Position numbers and translations under genes: made by a program
Part shown: piece by piece, positions 18,433 through 27,919 of the stretch
How the letters are laid out: every line of letters starts with the position of its first letter
Position numbering within the stretch: position 1 is the stretch's first letter
Assembly: GCA_965223855.1 (NCBI GenBank)
Contig: CBDCXM010000009.1
Location: 2,464,001-2,528,000 of the forward strand
DNA from: Candidatus Multivoradales bacterium
GTDB taxonomy: Bacteria > Acidobacteriota > Thermoanaerobaculia > Multivoradales > JAHEKO01
Reading direction: 5' to 3'
Length of the DNA: 64,000 nt
The notes under the pieces: model-generated
Seen by the model: the letters and a program-made list of their open reading frames with translations, nothing else
Told to the model about the DNA's origin: nothing
Database searches by the model: none

Positions 18433-19758
18433 ATGATGAAGAAGAGAGGCTTGCGGGCGCTGACCTGCGTCGTCGTCGCGTCGGTCTGGTGGCCGGCGAT
18501 GGAGGCGGATGGCCAGGAGGCGCGGCGCCGCTGGGAGCGGATGAACCAGATCCGCGCCGAGAAGTTCGACCGTGTGTTGCCCGAGGCGATGCGCGAGAAC
18601 GGCGTCGACATGTGGATCACCATGATCCGCGAGGCCAACTACGGCAATCTGTGGCCGGACTTCGGGTTCGGCTACGCCTCGACCGACGGGTACTACGTCT
18701 TTACCGACCGGGGGGGAGACCGGATCGAGCGCGCGGCGCTGGGCATCAGCGGCTACATGATCGAGCAAAGCGGCGCCTACGATCTGTTTCTGGGCGCCGA
18801 CGCCCTGGCCGACTTCGTTGCCGAGCGGGATCCACAGACCATCGCGCTCAACATGAGCCGCGCGATCGGACCGCTCGACACCCTGTCCCACACCGGTTTC
18901 GAGCAGATCGTCGAGACCCTGGGCGAGCCCTGGGCATCGCGGATCGTCTCTGCCGAGAAGCTCGCTTCGGACTTCCGGTCGCGTCGCGTCGCCAGCGAAG
19001 TCGCTGCCTTCGCCGAGGCCGGTGAGATCTCGCGCGAACTCGCCGAGCGAGCGTTGTCGAACGAGGTCATCGAGCCCGGCGTGACCCGCCTCGAGGAGGT
19101 CGCGTGGTGGCTCCGGGACCGGCTCCTCGAGCGCGGCCTCGACTCCTCGTTCGGCATGCCGTCGATCTACGTCACCGGCCCGGACGGCATCGTCGCGATC
19201 TCCGACTCGACGGTTCTCCAGCGGGGAGACGTCGTGATGATCGACTGGGGTGTCGGCTTCCTGAACCTCTACACCGACATGAAGCGGATCGCCTATCTGC
19301 TTCAGGAGGGGGAGACCGAGGCCCCCGACTCGATTCAGCACGCCTTCGACCGCGCCCGGGAGGCGCGATCGGTCGTCAAGGGCGCGATTCGAGCCGGTGT
19401 CACCGCCGGCGAAGCCGAGGAAGCCGTCTACGCGGCGCTCGAAGCGGCCGGATTCGTGCGGATCGACTTCAACCAGCCGACGGAGGATCCGGCGACGACC
19501 GATGTCGTCATCGGCTGCCATTCGGTCGGCAATTCGGGCCACGGGAGCGGCCCGTCGGTCGCCTTCTTCAACCCGGTGAGACGTGGCTACATGCTGCATC
19601 CGACGAATCTGCTGTCGATCGAGCTCTTCGCCTACACGGCGATCCCCGAGTGGGGGGGCAGGAAGCTGCGCGTCCCGCTGGAGGACGACGCCGTGCTCAC
19701 GCAGCGGGGGATGGAGTGGCTCTATCCCGCGAACGATCGCATCCTGCTGGTGCGATGA
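18433..19758 (+). CDS. Exported M24 family (Xaa-Pro aminopeptidase-like) metallopeptidase
   Basis: Signal peptide; IDWGV...YTDMKR, HSVG..GH, SIE, LEDD ligands. Confidence 0.85.
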   Translation: MMKKRGLRALTCVVVASVWWPAMEADGQEARRRWERMNQIRAEKFDRVLPEAMRENGVDMWITMIREANYGNLWPDFGFGYASTDGYYVFTDRGGDRIERAALGISGYMIEQSGAYDLFLGADALADFVAERDPQTIALNMSRAIGPLDTLSHTGFEQIVETLGEPWASRIVSAEKLASDFRSRRVASEVAAFAEAGEISRELAERALSNEVIEPGVTRLEEVAWWLRDRLLERGLDSSFGMPSIYVTGPDGIVAISDSTVLQRGDVVMIDWGVGFLNLYTDMKRIAYLLQEGETEAPDSIQHAFDRAREARSVVKGAIRAGVTAGEAEEAVYAALEAAGFVRIDFNQPTEDPATTDVVIGCHSVGNSGHGSGPSVAFFNPVRRGYMLHPTNLLSIELFAYTAIPEWGGRKLRVPLEDDAVLTQRGMEWLYPANDRILLVR

Positions 19759-21497
19759 CGGCGCAGGCGGCGACCAGGCGGCGCGTCGCTGCCGGTACCG
19801 GGCCGACTCTCCCGGCGTTGCTGCTGCTGACACTGATGTCGTCGGTGAGCTCCGCTGAAACGGAGGCGCCGACGCTGCGCGACGACGGCCCGTGGGTGGT
19901 TCGGATCGCCGACTGGACCGAGTCGGGACTCGAAGGGGTGCGGGCCCGTTTCGATCACATCGGCGTCGACGCCGCGACGGGCGCCCTGCGCTTCGTCGTC
20001 GACAGGGCGCTGGATCGTGATCTGCTGCTCGCCACCGGCTGGACGCTCGAGCTCGAACTCGAGGAGACCGAGCGACTCCGCTGGATCGAAGCTCAGTTCG
20101 CCGCCGGCCACTCGCTGCGCCAGATCCCGGGGTTCGAGTGCTACCGCACGGTCGAGGAGACGCTAGCGACCGGAGCGCAGCTCGCGCTCGACTACCCGGA
20201 TCTCGCGACCTGGACCGATCTCGGTGACAGTTGGGAGAAGCAGTTTCCCGGGCACGGCGGCCCCGGCTACGACCTGATGGTGCTGAAACTGACCCAGGCC
20301 GCCGTGGCGGGGCCGAAGCCCGACCTGATGCTCGTCGGCGCGCTGCATGCCCGTGAGTACGCGACGGCGGAACTCGTGACGCGCTTCGCGGAGGCGCTCG
20401 TGGCGGGGTACGGCGTCGATCCCGACCTGACCTGGATCCTCGACCACCACGAGATTCATCTCGTGCTGCAGGCGAACCCCGACGGGCGCAAGCGGGCGGA
20501 GAGCGGTCTCTCGTGGCGTAAGAACGCCAACGACGACTTCTGCAGCGGCACGAACGATCGGGGTATCGACCTGAACCGCAACTTCGACTTTCAGTGGGGA
20601 TGCTGTGGCGGCTCGAGCGGCGATCCGTGTCAGATCACCTTCCGCGGACCGTCGGCACGCTCCGAGCCCGAGGCGATCGTGCTGATGGACTACATGGACT
20701 CGATCTTCGCCGACCAGCGGCCGGACGATCTGACGACCCCCGCTCCGCCGGACGCCGAGGGCATCTACATCGACGTGCACTCGTTCGGCGAGGTTTTCCT
20801 GTCCTCCTGGGGCTTCACGACGGCCGATCCTCCCAACGCCGCCGCATTGCTGACCCTCGGTCGCAAGTACTCGTTCTTCCCCGCCTACACGGCTGTACTC
20901 GGCAGCCTCGGCACGGTCGACGGAGCCACCAAGGACTACGCGTACGGTCGGCTCGGTGTGCCGGGCTACACCGCGGAGCTGGGGACGAGCTTCTTCCAGG
21001 ACTGCACGACCTTCGAGAACGAGATCGTTCCCGGCAATCTGCCGGCGCTGACCCAGATCGCCAAGAGCGTCCGAGCTCCCTACACGATCCCCTCCGGCCC
21101 AGACGCGATCGATCCGCAGGTCACCGTCACTCCTGACGGCCTGACGGCGACGGTCACCGCGACGATCGACGACACCCGCTACAGCACTCCCTCCGAGCCC
21201 CGGCAGCCGATCGATACTGCCGAGCTCTACCTCGACGCTCCGCCGTGGGACGGCGGGCTGCCGATGACGATGTCTCCGGCCGACGGAGGGTTCGACGAGA
21301 CGATCGAGCCGGTCGAGCTGACGGTGGACCTCACCGGTGTCGGCTCCGGCCGTCACCTCGTCTACCTCCGCGGCCGCGATGCGGCCGGCAACTGGGGGGC
21401 GTTCAGCGCCCGTTTCGTGGACATCGACTCGCAGCCCGTCTTTGCCGACGGATTCGAGTCGGGTGACACCTCCGCCTGGTCGGCGACGGTACCGTGA
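19755..21497 (+). CDS. Secreted M14 zinc carboxypeptidase (CPT-like) with C-terminal VFADGFESGDTSAWS tag
   Basis: HAREY, NPDG, WRKN, DLNRNF, DVHSF; ATGA overlap at 19755. Confidence 0.92.
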   Translation: MTAQAATRRRVAAGTGPTLPALLLLTLMSSVSSAETEAPTLRDDGPWVVRIADWTESGLEGVRARFDHIGVDAATGALRFVVDRALDRDLLLATGWTLELELEETERLRWIEAQFAAGHSLRQIPGFECYRTVEETLATGAQLALDYPDLATWTDLGDSWEKQFPGHGGPGYDLMVLKLTQAAVAGPKPDLMLVGALHAREYATAELVTRFAEALVAGYGVDPDLTWILDHHEIHLVLQANPDGRKRAESGLSWRKNANDDFCSGTNDRGIDLNRNFDFQWGCCGGSSGDPCQITFRGPSARSEPEAIVLMDYMDSIFADQRPDDLTTPAPPDAEGIYIDVHSFGEVFLSSWGFTTADPPNAAALLTLGRKYSFFPAYTAVLGSLGTVDGATKDYAYGRLGVPGYTAELGTSFFQDCTTFENEIVPGNLPALTQIAKSVRAPYTIPSGPDAIDPQVTVTPDGLTATVTATIDDTRYSTPSEPRQPIDTAELYLDAPPWDGGLPMTMSPADGGFDETIEPVELTVDLTGVGSGRHLVYLRGRDAAGNWGAFSARFVDIDSQPVFADGFESGDTSAWSATVP

Positions 21498-22423
21498 GCG
21501 GGAGCATGGTGGAGCCGATCCCGGGAGGCGGTCGTCTGCGCACCGGCCTTGCCGGCGCGGGATCGCTGCGGTGGGTCGCCGCGGACCTGACCCTCCCTCT
21601 CGAGGAGGGACGGAGGAGACTCGACCTGTCACCGCTGTCCGCGGTCGCGCTCGGACGAGCGCTGGCCGGTGCCGTGCTGGTGAGGCGGATCGCGCTCAAG
21701 GTTCCTTCTCGGGTCACTCTGGAGGTTCGCGGTGACGGCAGCCTGACGAAGGTCCTGGCCGAGGCGAGCGTCGGCGGCGCGGTGCGGGGCATCGTGAGCC
21801 CGGCGCGGCTGCCGACTCCAGAGGACGGATCGATGCGGCTGGCCCCCTGGGTCGGCTCGGGGACGCTCCGGGTCACGCGGGAAGGGACGGATCGAAGGTA
21901 CTCGAGCGAGGTCGAGCTGGTGTCGGGCGAGATAGGGCTCGACCTGGCGCACTACCTGGAGCAGAGCGAGCAGATCCGCTCGGCGGTGTTGGTCGGCGTG
22001 CTCCCGGCTTCGACCGGGATCGCTGCGGCAGGAGGGCTGATCGTGGAGGCTCTGCCCGGCACCGACAGCGAAGCGCTGTCGAGGCTGGAGGCCAATCTGC
22101 GCGGTTTCGAAGGCCTCAGCCATCTCCTCGAAACTGGGGGACTGGCGGCAGTCGAAAGGGCAGCCTTCGAGGGCTTCGAAGTCGAGCAGCTCGAAGAGTC
22201 GCCGCTCGAGTACCACTGCGACTGCAGTCGCGAGAGACTAGGCGCCCAGCTTGCCGTCCTGGCGCGCCGCGACTCGGACGCGTTGTACGAAGAGGATGGA
22301 GTCTGCCGCGCGGAATGCGCCTTCTGCGCCGAGCGTTACGAGTTCACGGCGGACGAGCTGGCGGGGAAGGCGGCAGGACAGCCCTCCTCACAAACCCGAG
22401 AGAGCCAGGAGGAGTTGCCATGA
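21494..22423 (+). CDS. hslO: Hsp33 redox-regulated chaperone
   Basis: LVSGEIGLDLAHYLEQSEQIRS; zinc switch CDC...CAFC. Confidence 0.92.
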   Translation: MSGSMVEPIPGGGRLRTGLAGAGSLRWVAADLTLPLEEGRRRLDLSPLSAVALGRALAGAVLVRRIALKVPSRVTLEVRGDGSLTKVLAEASVGGAVRGIVSPARLPTPEDGSMRLAPWVGSGTLRVTREGTDRRYSSEVELVSGEIGLDLAHYLEQSEQIRSAVLVGVLPASTGIAAAGGLIVEALPGTDSEALSRLEANLRGFEGLSHLLETGGLAAVERAAFEGFEVEQLEESPLEYHCDCSRERLGAQLAVLARRDSDALYEEDGVCRAECAFCAERYEFTADELAGKAAGQPSSQTRESQEELP

Positions 22424-23127
22424 TCCGAAGAATGCTGCCCGTCGCGGCGATGTTGATCGCCGCGGCTAGCGTCGCCGGTGCGTCAGAGAAGCAGGCAAAG
22501 AAGCTCGACGCCTCGCGCGAGGCCTTCCTCCGTCTGATGGAGATCGACGATCGCGGCGTGCCCGAGCGCCTCGTCGATCAGGCGAGCTGCATCGCGATCC
22601 TGCCCAAGGTGGTCAAGGGTGCCTTCGTCTGGGGTGGCCGGCGTGGCCACGGTGTGATGAGCTGCCGCAACGAGGAGTCGGTCTGGAGCCCGCCGGCCTT
22701 TGTCAAGATCACCGGCGGGAGCTTCGGTCTGCAGGCCGGGGCGCAGGTGACCGATCTCGTCCTGTTCTTCATGAACGAGAAGGGGGCGCGGTCGATGATG
22801 CGCTCGAAGTTCCTGCTCGGGGGAGACGTGACCGTCGCCGCCGGGCCGGTCGGCCGAGCCGCGGAGGCCGGCACGGACCTGCGCTTCAACGCCGAGATCT
22901 ACGCCTACGCGCGCTCGCGGGGTCTGTTCGCGGGTCTTTCGGTCGAAGGGGCGCAACTCTCCGTGTACCAGCGCTGGGTCGAGGCCTACTACGGCGAGCG
23001 CTTGTGGCCGGAAGACGTCCTCTTCGAGCACGAGGTTCCCAGGCTACCTCCCGAGGCGAAGACTTTCCTCAGCGTTCTGCCCGATCCGCCGAGGCCGGTC
23101 GCGGACGCGCCTGCCTCGCAGGACTGA
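22420..23127 (+). CDS. Ysc84/SYLF lipid-binding domain protein, exported
   Basis: GGRRGHG, WSPP, GGSFGLQAGAQ, AAGPVG, YARSRGLFAGLS; ATGA overlap. Confidence 0.92.
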   Translation: MIRRMLPVAAMLIAAASVAGASEKQAKKLDASREAFLRLMEIDDRGVPERLVDQASCIAILPKVVKGAFVWGGRRGHGVMSCRNEESVWSPPAFVKITGGSFGLQAGAQVTDLVLFFMNEKGARSMMRSKFLLGGDVTVAAGPVGRAAEAGTDLRFNAEIYAYARSRGLFAGLSVEGAQLSVYQRWVEAYYGERLWPEDVLFEHEVPRLPPEAKTFLSVLPDPPRPVADAPASQD

Positions 23128-23141
23128 AGCCGGCAGCTGCC

Positions 23142-23585
23142 GTGTTCGGTTGGTCTCCGCAGCCCTCGCGGGAGGGACGACACCTCGTTCTCTTCGACGG
23201 CTACTGTGGGCTGTGCGACCGGGCCGTGAGCTTCCTGCTGCGGCGCGACCGGCACGGGGTGCTGACCTATGCGCCGCTGCAGGGGGAGACTGGGCTCGCG
23301 GTACGGCAGCGATTCGAAGTTTCCGAAGCGCTCGATTCGATGCTGTTCGTCGAGGATCACGGCACTCCGGAGGCGCGCCTTCACGTCCGTTCTGGCGGGG
23401 CGCTGCAGGCTCTCGCGAAGATCGGCGGGCCGTGGCGCTGGTTGTCCGCTCCCTTTCGGCTGGTCCCTCGCCCGCTCAGAGACGCGATCTACGAGTTCGT
23501 CGCCAAGCGGCGGCTCCTCTGGTTCGGCACGCTCGACACCTGCCGGGTGCCGAGCGTCGAAGAGCGGGATCGCTTCCTGCCCTGA
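23142..23585 (+). CDS. DCC1-like thiol-disulfide oxidoreductase (DUF393)
   Basis: VLFDGYCGLC, YAPLQG, RDAIYEFVAKRR..WFG...C. Confidence 0.9.
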   Translation: MFGWSPQPSREGRHLVLFDGYCGLCDRAVSFLLRRDRHGVLTYAPLQGETGLAVRQRFEVSEALDSMLFVEDHGTPEARLHVRSGGALQALAKIGGPWRWLSAPFRLVPRPLRDAIYEFVAKRRLLWFGTLDTCRVPSVEERDRFLP

Positions 23586-23651
23586 CCCGAGTCCATCGGG
23601 AGGAGCACCCCGGGGGCCTGCTGAGGAACTCTCGAGTTCTTCAGCAGACCC

Positions 23652-24530
23652 CTAGAAGGTGACGACCAGTGCGGTCGTCACAACGGTATCGAGATCGTCG
23701 AGGACGAACGTCGCGACGTCCCCGGTCGGCGTGCCGTCGGCAAACTCGAGGGGGAGGACCCCGAGGGCCGGCAGATTGTCGTAGAGCATCTTCACGCCTA
23801 CCTTGAGAGCCAGCTTTTCGCTCATCGAAACCGCGAGGGAGTTGAGGAAGTCGGCCCGCCAGTCCTCGCTCTCGGCGAGGTTCTGGTTGAAGACCAGGGT
23901 GCTGCCGAATCGCGTTGCCCTGCCGAGCGAGCGACCGTAGTCGTAGGAGAGACGGAGGCCGAGAAAGGCGTCGTCGAGACCGGGAGCGGGCACCAGGTCG
24001 TCCTGCGAGGTGTAGGTCACGCCGTAGTCGGTCTTGAAGTGAGAGCTTTCGTCTTCCCACCACAGATGACCGAGGCCGCCGAGGCCGACGACACGCTCGC
24101 TGAACCCGGCGAACTCATTGCGCTCCCAGGTGAGGCCGGCGTACCAGAAGACCCGGTCGGAGAGCTGCCGGTCGTAGCGGGCTCCCCAGGCGTAGTTCTC
24201 GGCGGTGAGCTCGGTGGAGGACGTCTCGTCGACGACGAAGTCGTCCGGCGACGTCCCGACCGCCCTTCGAGCCGTCGTAGTGCTCTCGGCACGCAGCCCG
24301 TTGGCGGTGAGGGTCAGCGAGGCGTCCTCCATCGTCCTGACAAACGCGGCGGCCAGGCCGAGCGTGTCGGTCTCCGAGTTGCCGCTGGTGGAGACGAGGC
24401 TGAACTCGGCACTCTTCGCCCAACCGAGCTTCGTCTCCTCCTCCTGGCTGTGTGCCGCCGACACCGCCAGCAGCGGCAGAACTACGCCGTAGCAGAGGGC
24501 GGCGCAGGCCGCCCGTCCATGAGTTCCCAT
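23652..24530 (-). CDS. DUF481/YdiY-like outer-membrane beta-barrel protein
   Basis: Signal peptide; TSGNSET; alternating beta strands; C-terminal LVVTF; start re-picked at ATG 24530. Confidence 0.85.
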   Translation of the reverse strand: MGTHGRAACAALCYGVVLPLLAVSAAHSQEEETKLGWAKSAEFSLVSTSGNSETDTLGLAAAFVRTMEDASLTLTANGLRAESTTTARRAVGTSPDDFVVDETSSTELTAENYAWGARYDRQLSDRVFWYAGLTWERNEFAGFSERVVGLGGLGHLWWEDESSHFKTDYGVTYTSQDDLVPAPGLDDAFLGLRLSYDYGRSLGRATRFGSTLVFNQNLAESEDWRADFLNSLAVSMSEKLALKVGVKMLYDNLPALGVLPLEFADGTPTGDVATFVLDDLDTVVTTALVVTF

Positions 24531-24663
24531 GAGATTCTCCTCCAGATGATCGTGTCCCGCCCGCCCGACAGGGTCGGCGCGGCGGCGACCGGGTTCCTCG
24601 TGCTTGGACCGCTTCGCGGGCGCGAAGTCACGCCCTCGCCGTGTCAGGCGGATCGATGCTCCC

Positions 24664-26385
24664 TCAGCCCTCGAGCACCATGCGCTCGCGCAGTTTCTCG
24701 GCGGCCGGCGAGAACGGAGCGTGGGTGAGGATCTTCTGGATGCCGGCGACGGCCTTCGCCGCGTCCCCGACCGTCTGGTAGAGAACCACCTCGCCGTAGA
24801 GATCTTCTGCCAGATGATCGAGCCGCTCGGCGACGACCGTGGCGGCGCTTCCCTCGGGGTAGTTCGTGAGGTAGGCCGCTCCGATTTCGAGGCGGTCGAA
24901 CGAGTCGGCCAGCCTGGCGAGCCTCTCGCTCGCCAGGGTCGCCACCTCCGGATCGGCTTCTGCCGACAGCCGCTCGAGCGCGGCGAGGTCGTCGAGCCGC
25001 TTCGACAGCACGACCAGACCGCGCTGCGCACGCTGCCCCTGCTCGCTCTGAGGCGCCGATCTCCACGCCTCGAGGAAGCAGCCGACCGCCTCTCCCTGCC
25101 GCGACAGCCGGCTGTAGGCCTCACCCAGCTCGAGGGCGACTCGAGAGGCGAACTCGCTCTCCGGATAGTTGCTCGAGAAGGTCTCGAGGAACTCCGTCTG
25201 ATAGACGCCGGCCTGGAGAACCTCCACCGCCCTCGGGTAGAGCTCCTGGCGAATAGCGGCGAACGACTCGTTCTCGTCGACCAGGGTGGCGATCAGAGAA
25301 CTCGACGGGGAGAGCGCCTCGAGATCGTCGATCTCCCGGCGATAGCTGGCGATGAGGTGCGAATAGTCGCGCTCCAGCTCCGGTCTCTCCCTCTCCCGGT
25401 CCCGAAGAGCGTGCAGCTTGTCGAGTCGGATTGCGTCCGCCGCGTCGCCGATCGGCCAGGTGTGGAGGGCCACCGTGCGGGCGTAATCCAGTGCCTCGGT
25501 CTCGAGCTTCTCCCCTTCGGCCCAGTCGAGCAGCACGCGCTGGGTCGAGGCGCGCAGTCGGTCGGCGTCGGGTCGCTCGGTCGCCGGCAGGAGCGAGTCG
25601 CGCCGGATCTCGGCGCTGCGCACGCGCTGCTCGAAGAAGGGGTGCGTCCGCCAGTAGCCGAACTCCTGCGTCTGAGGGATGTGAACCTGCATCTTGTTCA
25701 TCAGACTCGCCGTGCCGCGGGGGTCGTAGCCGGCCAGCGAGGCGAGCCGCTGGCCGGTAGCGTCGGCCTCGTCCTCGAACTCGCGGCTGTAGCTGCGCAG
25801 CAGAAGTTCGCTGGTGACGAGGCTGGCCGCCGCGGCACCCTGCACGCGGCTGGCGGAGGTGTCGTCGCGAGCGTAGGGGTCGTAGTAGGGGTCGTTGCGC
25901 TGCTCGCGCGAGCGGCTGACTTCGTTGGCGAGCACGCCGATGACGAGCGCCTGACCGAGCACGTTGAGAAGGCGGGCCTTCTTCTGGGTGCGGATGCCGT
26001 GGCGCTCGATGACGTGGGCGATCTCGTGACCGAGCAGATTGGCGAGCTCGTCGTCGTCGAGATCGAGGCGCAGCATGCCGCGGGTCAGGAAGATGTGTCC
26101 TCCCGGGAGGGCGAAGGCGTTCGGCACCGGCATGTCGACGAGATGAAAGGCGAACGGGAAGTCACGGAAGCCCGAAACCTCGACCAGCTCGAAGCCGATA
26201 CGGGTGACTCGCCGCAGTTCCTCGTCGTCCTCGAGAGCGCCGTAGAACTCCAGTGCCTGGCGGGCGAAGTCGAAGCTCTGCCGGAAGAGACGCGGATCGC
26301 TGATCGTCTGAGCGGACGATGCAGTCGGTGCCGCGATGGCGACGATCAGGGTCGCTACGCACAGATGGAGGAGGCGAGGAGACAT
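24664..26385 (-). CDS. M48 metalloprotease (BepA-like) with C-terminal TPR-like region
   Basis: PNAFALPGG, GHEIAH, YSREFEDEAD, RTHP; signal peptide from ATG 26385. Confidence 0.88.
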   Translation of the reverse strand: MSPRLLHLCVATLIVAIAAPTASSAQTISDPRLFRQSFDFARQALEFYGALEDDEELRRVTRIGFELVEVSGFRDFPFAFHLVDMPVPNAFALPGGHIFLTRGMLRLDLDDDELANLLGHEIAHVIERHGIRTQKKARLLNVLGQALVIGVLANEVSRSREQRNDPYYDPYARDDTSASRVQGAAAASLVTSELLLRSYSREFEDEADATGQRLASLAGYDPRGTASLMNKMQVHIPQTQEFGYWRTHPFFEQRVRSAEIRRDSLLPATERPDADRLRASTQRVLLDWAEGEKLETEALDYARTVALHTWPIGDAADAIRLDKLHALRDRERERPELERDYSHLIASYRREIDDLEALSPSSSLIATLVDENESFAAIRQELYPRAVEVLQAGVYQTEFLETFSSNYPESEFASRVALELGEAYSRLSRQGEAVGCFLEAWRSAPQSEQGQRAQRGLVVLSKRLDDLAALERLSAEADPEVATLASERLARLADSFDRLEIGAAYLTNYPEGSAATVVAERLDHLAEDLYGEVVLYQTVGDAAKAVAGIQKILTHAPFSPAAEKLRERMVLEG

Positions 26386-26491
26386 TGTGCGGAAGAAAAG
26401 TTGCGAAAAGCGTGCCACGAACGGGTGCGCCGTTCGCGAGCCGAGCCCTGTGATACCTTGCCCGACGCCTTTCGACAAGGAGTTGAGCGTG

Positions 26492-27910
26492 ATGTCCAGC
26501 CCGCTGCCCGATCCCAACGTCGCCACGGTGCTCGAGGAGATCACCGACCGCGCCGACACCGTACTCACCCGCGGAGAGGATCAGCCCTCCGCCGTCGCAC
26601 GCCTCGTCAGTCGAGCGGAGCAAGGTCCCAACGGGAGGGTCGCGATCCTCGACGGTTGCCGGACCCCCTTCTCGAAAGGGGGCACCGACCTCGCTGACAT
26701 GGACGTCGTCGATCTCGCATCGGTGGCGGCGGCCGAGGTCGTCCAACGCAACGACTTCGACCCCGCGGGAATCGGCCTGTCCGTCTTCGGCTGTGTGGTG
26801 CCCGCCCTCAACGCCCCCAACCTCGGTCGCGAGGTCGTCTTCCGCGCCGGGCTGCCGACGGCGATTCCAGGCACGACGGTCAATTTGGCGTGCGCGTCGG
26901 CGAACCGGGCGATCACCTCCGGTGCAGAGGCGATCCTCACCGGGCAGACCGAACTGGTGCTGGCGGGCGGTGCCGAGTCGCTCTCAAACGTGCCGATTCA
27001 GTACTCGAAGAGCGGCGCGCGGCGCCTCGCCGAGTTCAGCAGAGCGAAGTCGCTCGGACAGCGCCTCGCCGTGCTGGCGAAGGTGCGGCCCAGGGACCTC
27101 GTGCCTGTGCCGCCGGCGATCGCCGAATACACGACCGGCAAGTCGATGGGGCAGTCAGCCGAGCAGATGGCGCAGGAGAACGACGTTTCGCGGCGCTCGC
27201 AGGACGAGATCGCGTTGCTCTCGCACCAGCGCGCCGCGGCAGCGCACGCCGAAGGGCGCTTCGAGGGCCAGGTGGCGCTGACGATGCCGCGCCCAGGCTA
27301 TGACCGGGCGGTGACGACCGACAACGGAGTTCGCAGCGACAGCTCGATGGAGGCACTCGAGGCGTTACGGCCCGTCTTCGACAAGCGCTATGGCTCGATC
27401 ACGGCCGGCAATGCGAGTCCGATCACCGATGGCGGATCCGCCGTGCTGCTCTCCAGCGAGCGCAGGGCAGAGTCCTTCGACAGAGCCCCGCTCGGCTATG
27501 TGCGCTCCTGGGCCTACGCGGCGCTCGATCCCGCCGGCCAGCTGCTCCAGGGGCCCGCCTACGCAGTACCCGCGGCGCTCGACGCGGCCGGAATGACGCT
27601 CGCCGACATCGACCTGATCGAGATGCACGAGGCGTTCGCCGCGCAGGTGGTGTCGAACCTCAAGGCGTTCGCGTCGCCGAAGTTCGCCCGCGAAGAGCTG
27701 GGACGCGACGAGCCGGTGGGGGTGGTCGATTTCGAGCGCTTCAACGTCAACGGCGGCTCGATCGCCATCGGCCACCCGTTCGGCGCGACCGGCGGTCGGG
27801 TGACGATCCAGCTCCTGGAGGAGCTGGGAAGGCGCGGCCTCGAGCGCGGGCTGATCTCGGTCTGCGCCGCCGGTGCCGTCGGCTTCGCGATGGTCGTCGA
27901 GCGAAGCTGA
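26492..27910 (+). CDS. fadI: Acetyl-CoA C-acyltransferase (3-ketoacyl-CoA thiolase, FadI-like)
   Basis: RTPF, NLACAS, AGGAESLSNVP, EMHEAFA, GGSIAIGHPFGATG, VCAAG. Confidence 0.9.
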   Translation: MSSPLPDPNVATVLEEITDRADTVLTRGEDQPSAVARLVSRAEQGPNGRVAILDGCRTPFSKGGTDLADMDVVDLASVAAAEVVQRNDFDPAGIGLSVFGCVVPALNAPNLGREVVFRAGLPTAIPGTTVNLACASANRAITSGAEAILTGQTELVLAGGAESLSNVPIQYSKSGARRLAEFSRAKSLGQRLAVLAKVRPRDLVPVPPAIAEYTTGKSMGQSAEQMAQENDVSRRSQDEIALLSHQRAAAAHAEGRFEGQVALTMPRPGYDRAVTTDNGVRSDSSMEALEALRPVFDKRYGSITAGNASPITDGGSAVLLSSERRAESFDRAPLGYVRSWAYAALDPAGQLLQGPAYAVPAALDAAGMTLADIDLIEMHEAFAAQVVSNLKAFASPKFAREELGRDEPVGVVDFERFNVNGGSIAIGHPFGATGGRVTIQLLEELGRRGLERGLISVCAAGAVGFAMVVERS

Positions 27911-27919
27911 CGCCGCTCG

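Noticed and set aside
19104-19754. Apparent long N-terminal extensions of M14 (and likewise DUF885, RecA, DUF481, LytTR, Smr)
   Set aside because: Artefacts of longest-ORF calling; downstream starts have an RBS, a stop/start overlap or a signal peptide.
24604-26697. Long antisense or alternate-frame ORFs (also 6610-8022, 18229-19833, 20163-21632, 31953-33719, 34717-36468, 53287-55503, 60382-61911)
   Set aside because: They shadow genes with clear motifs, are Arg/Pro/Gly-rich and motif-free, and are expected from stop-codon scarcity at high GC.
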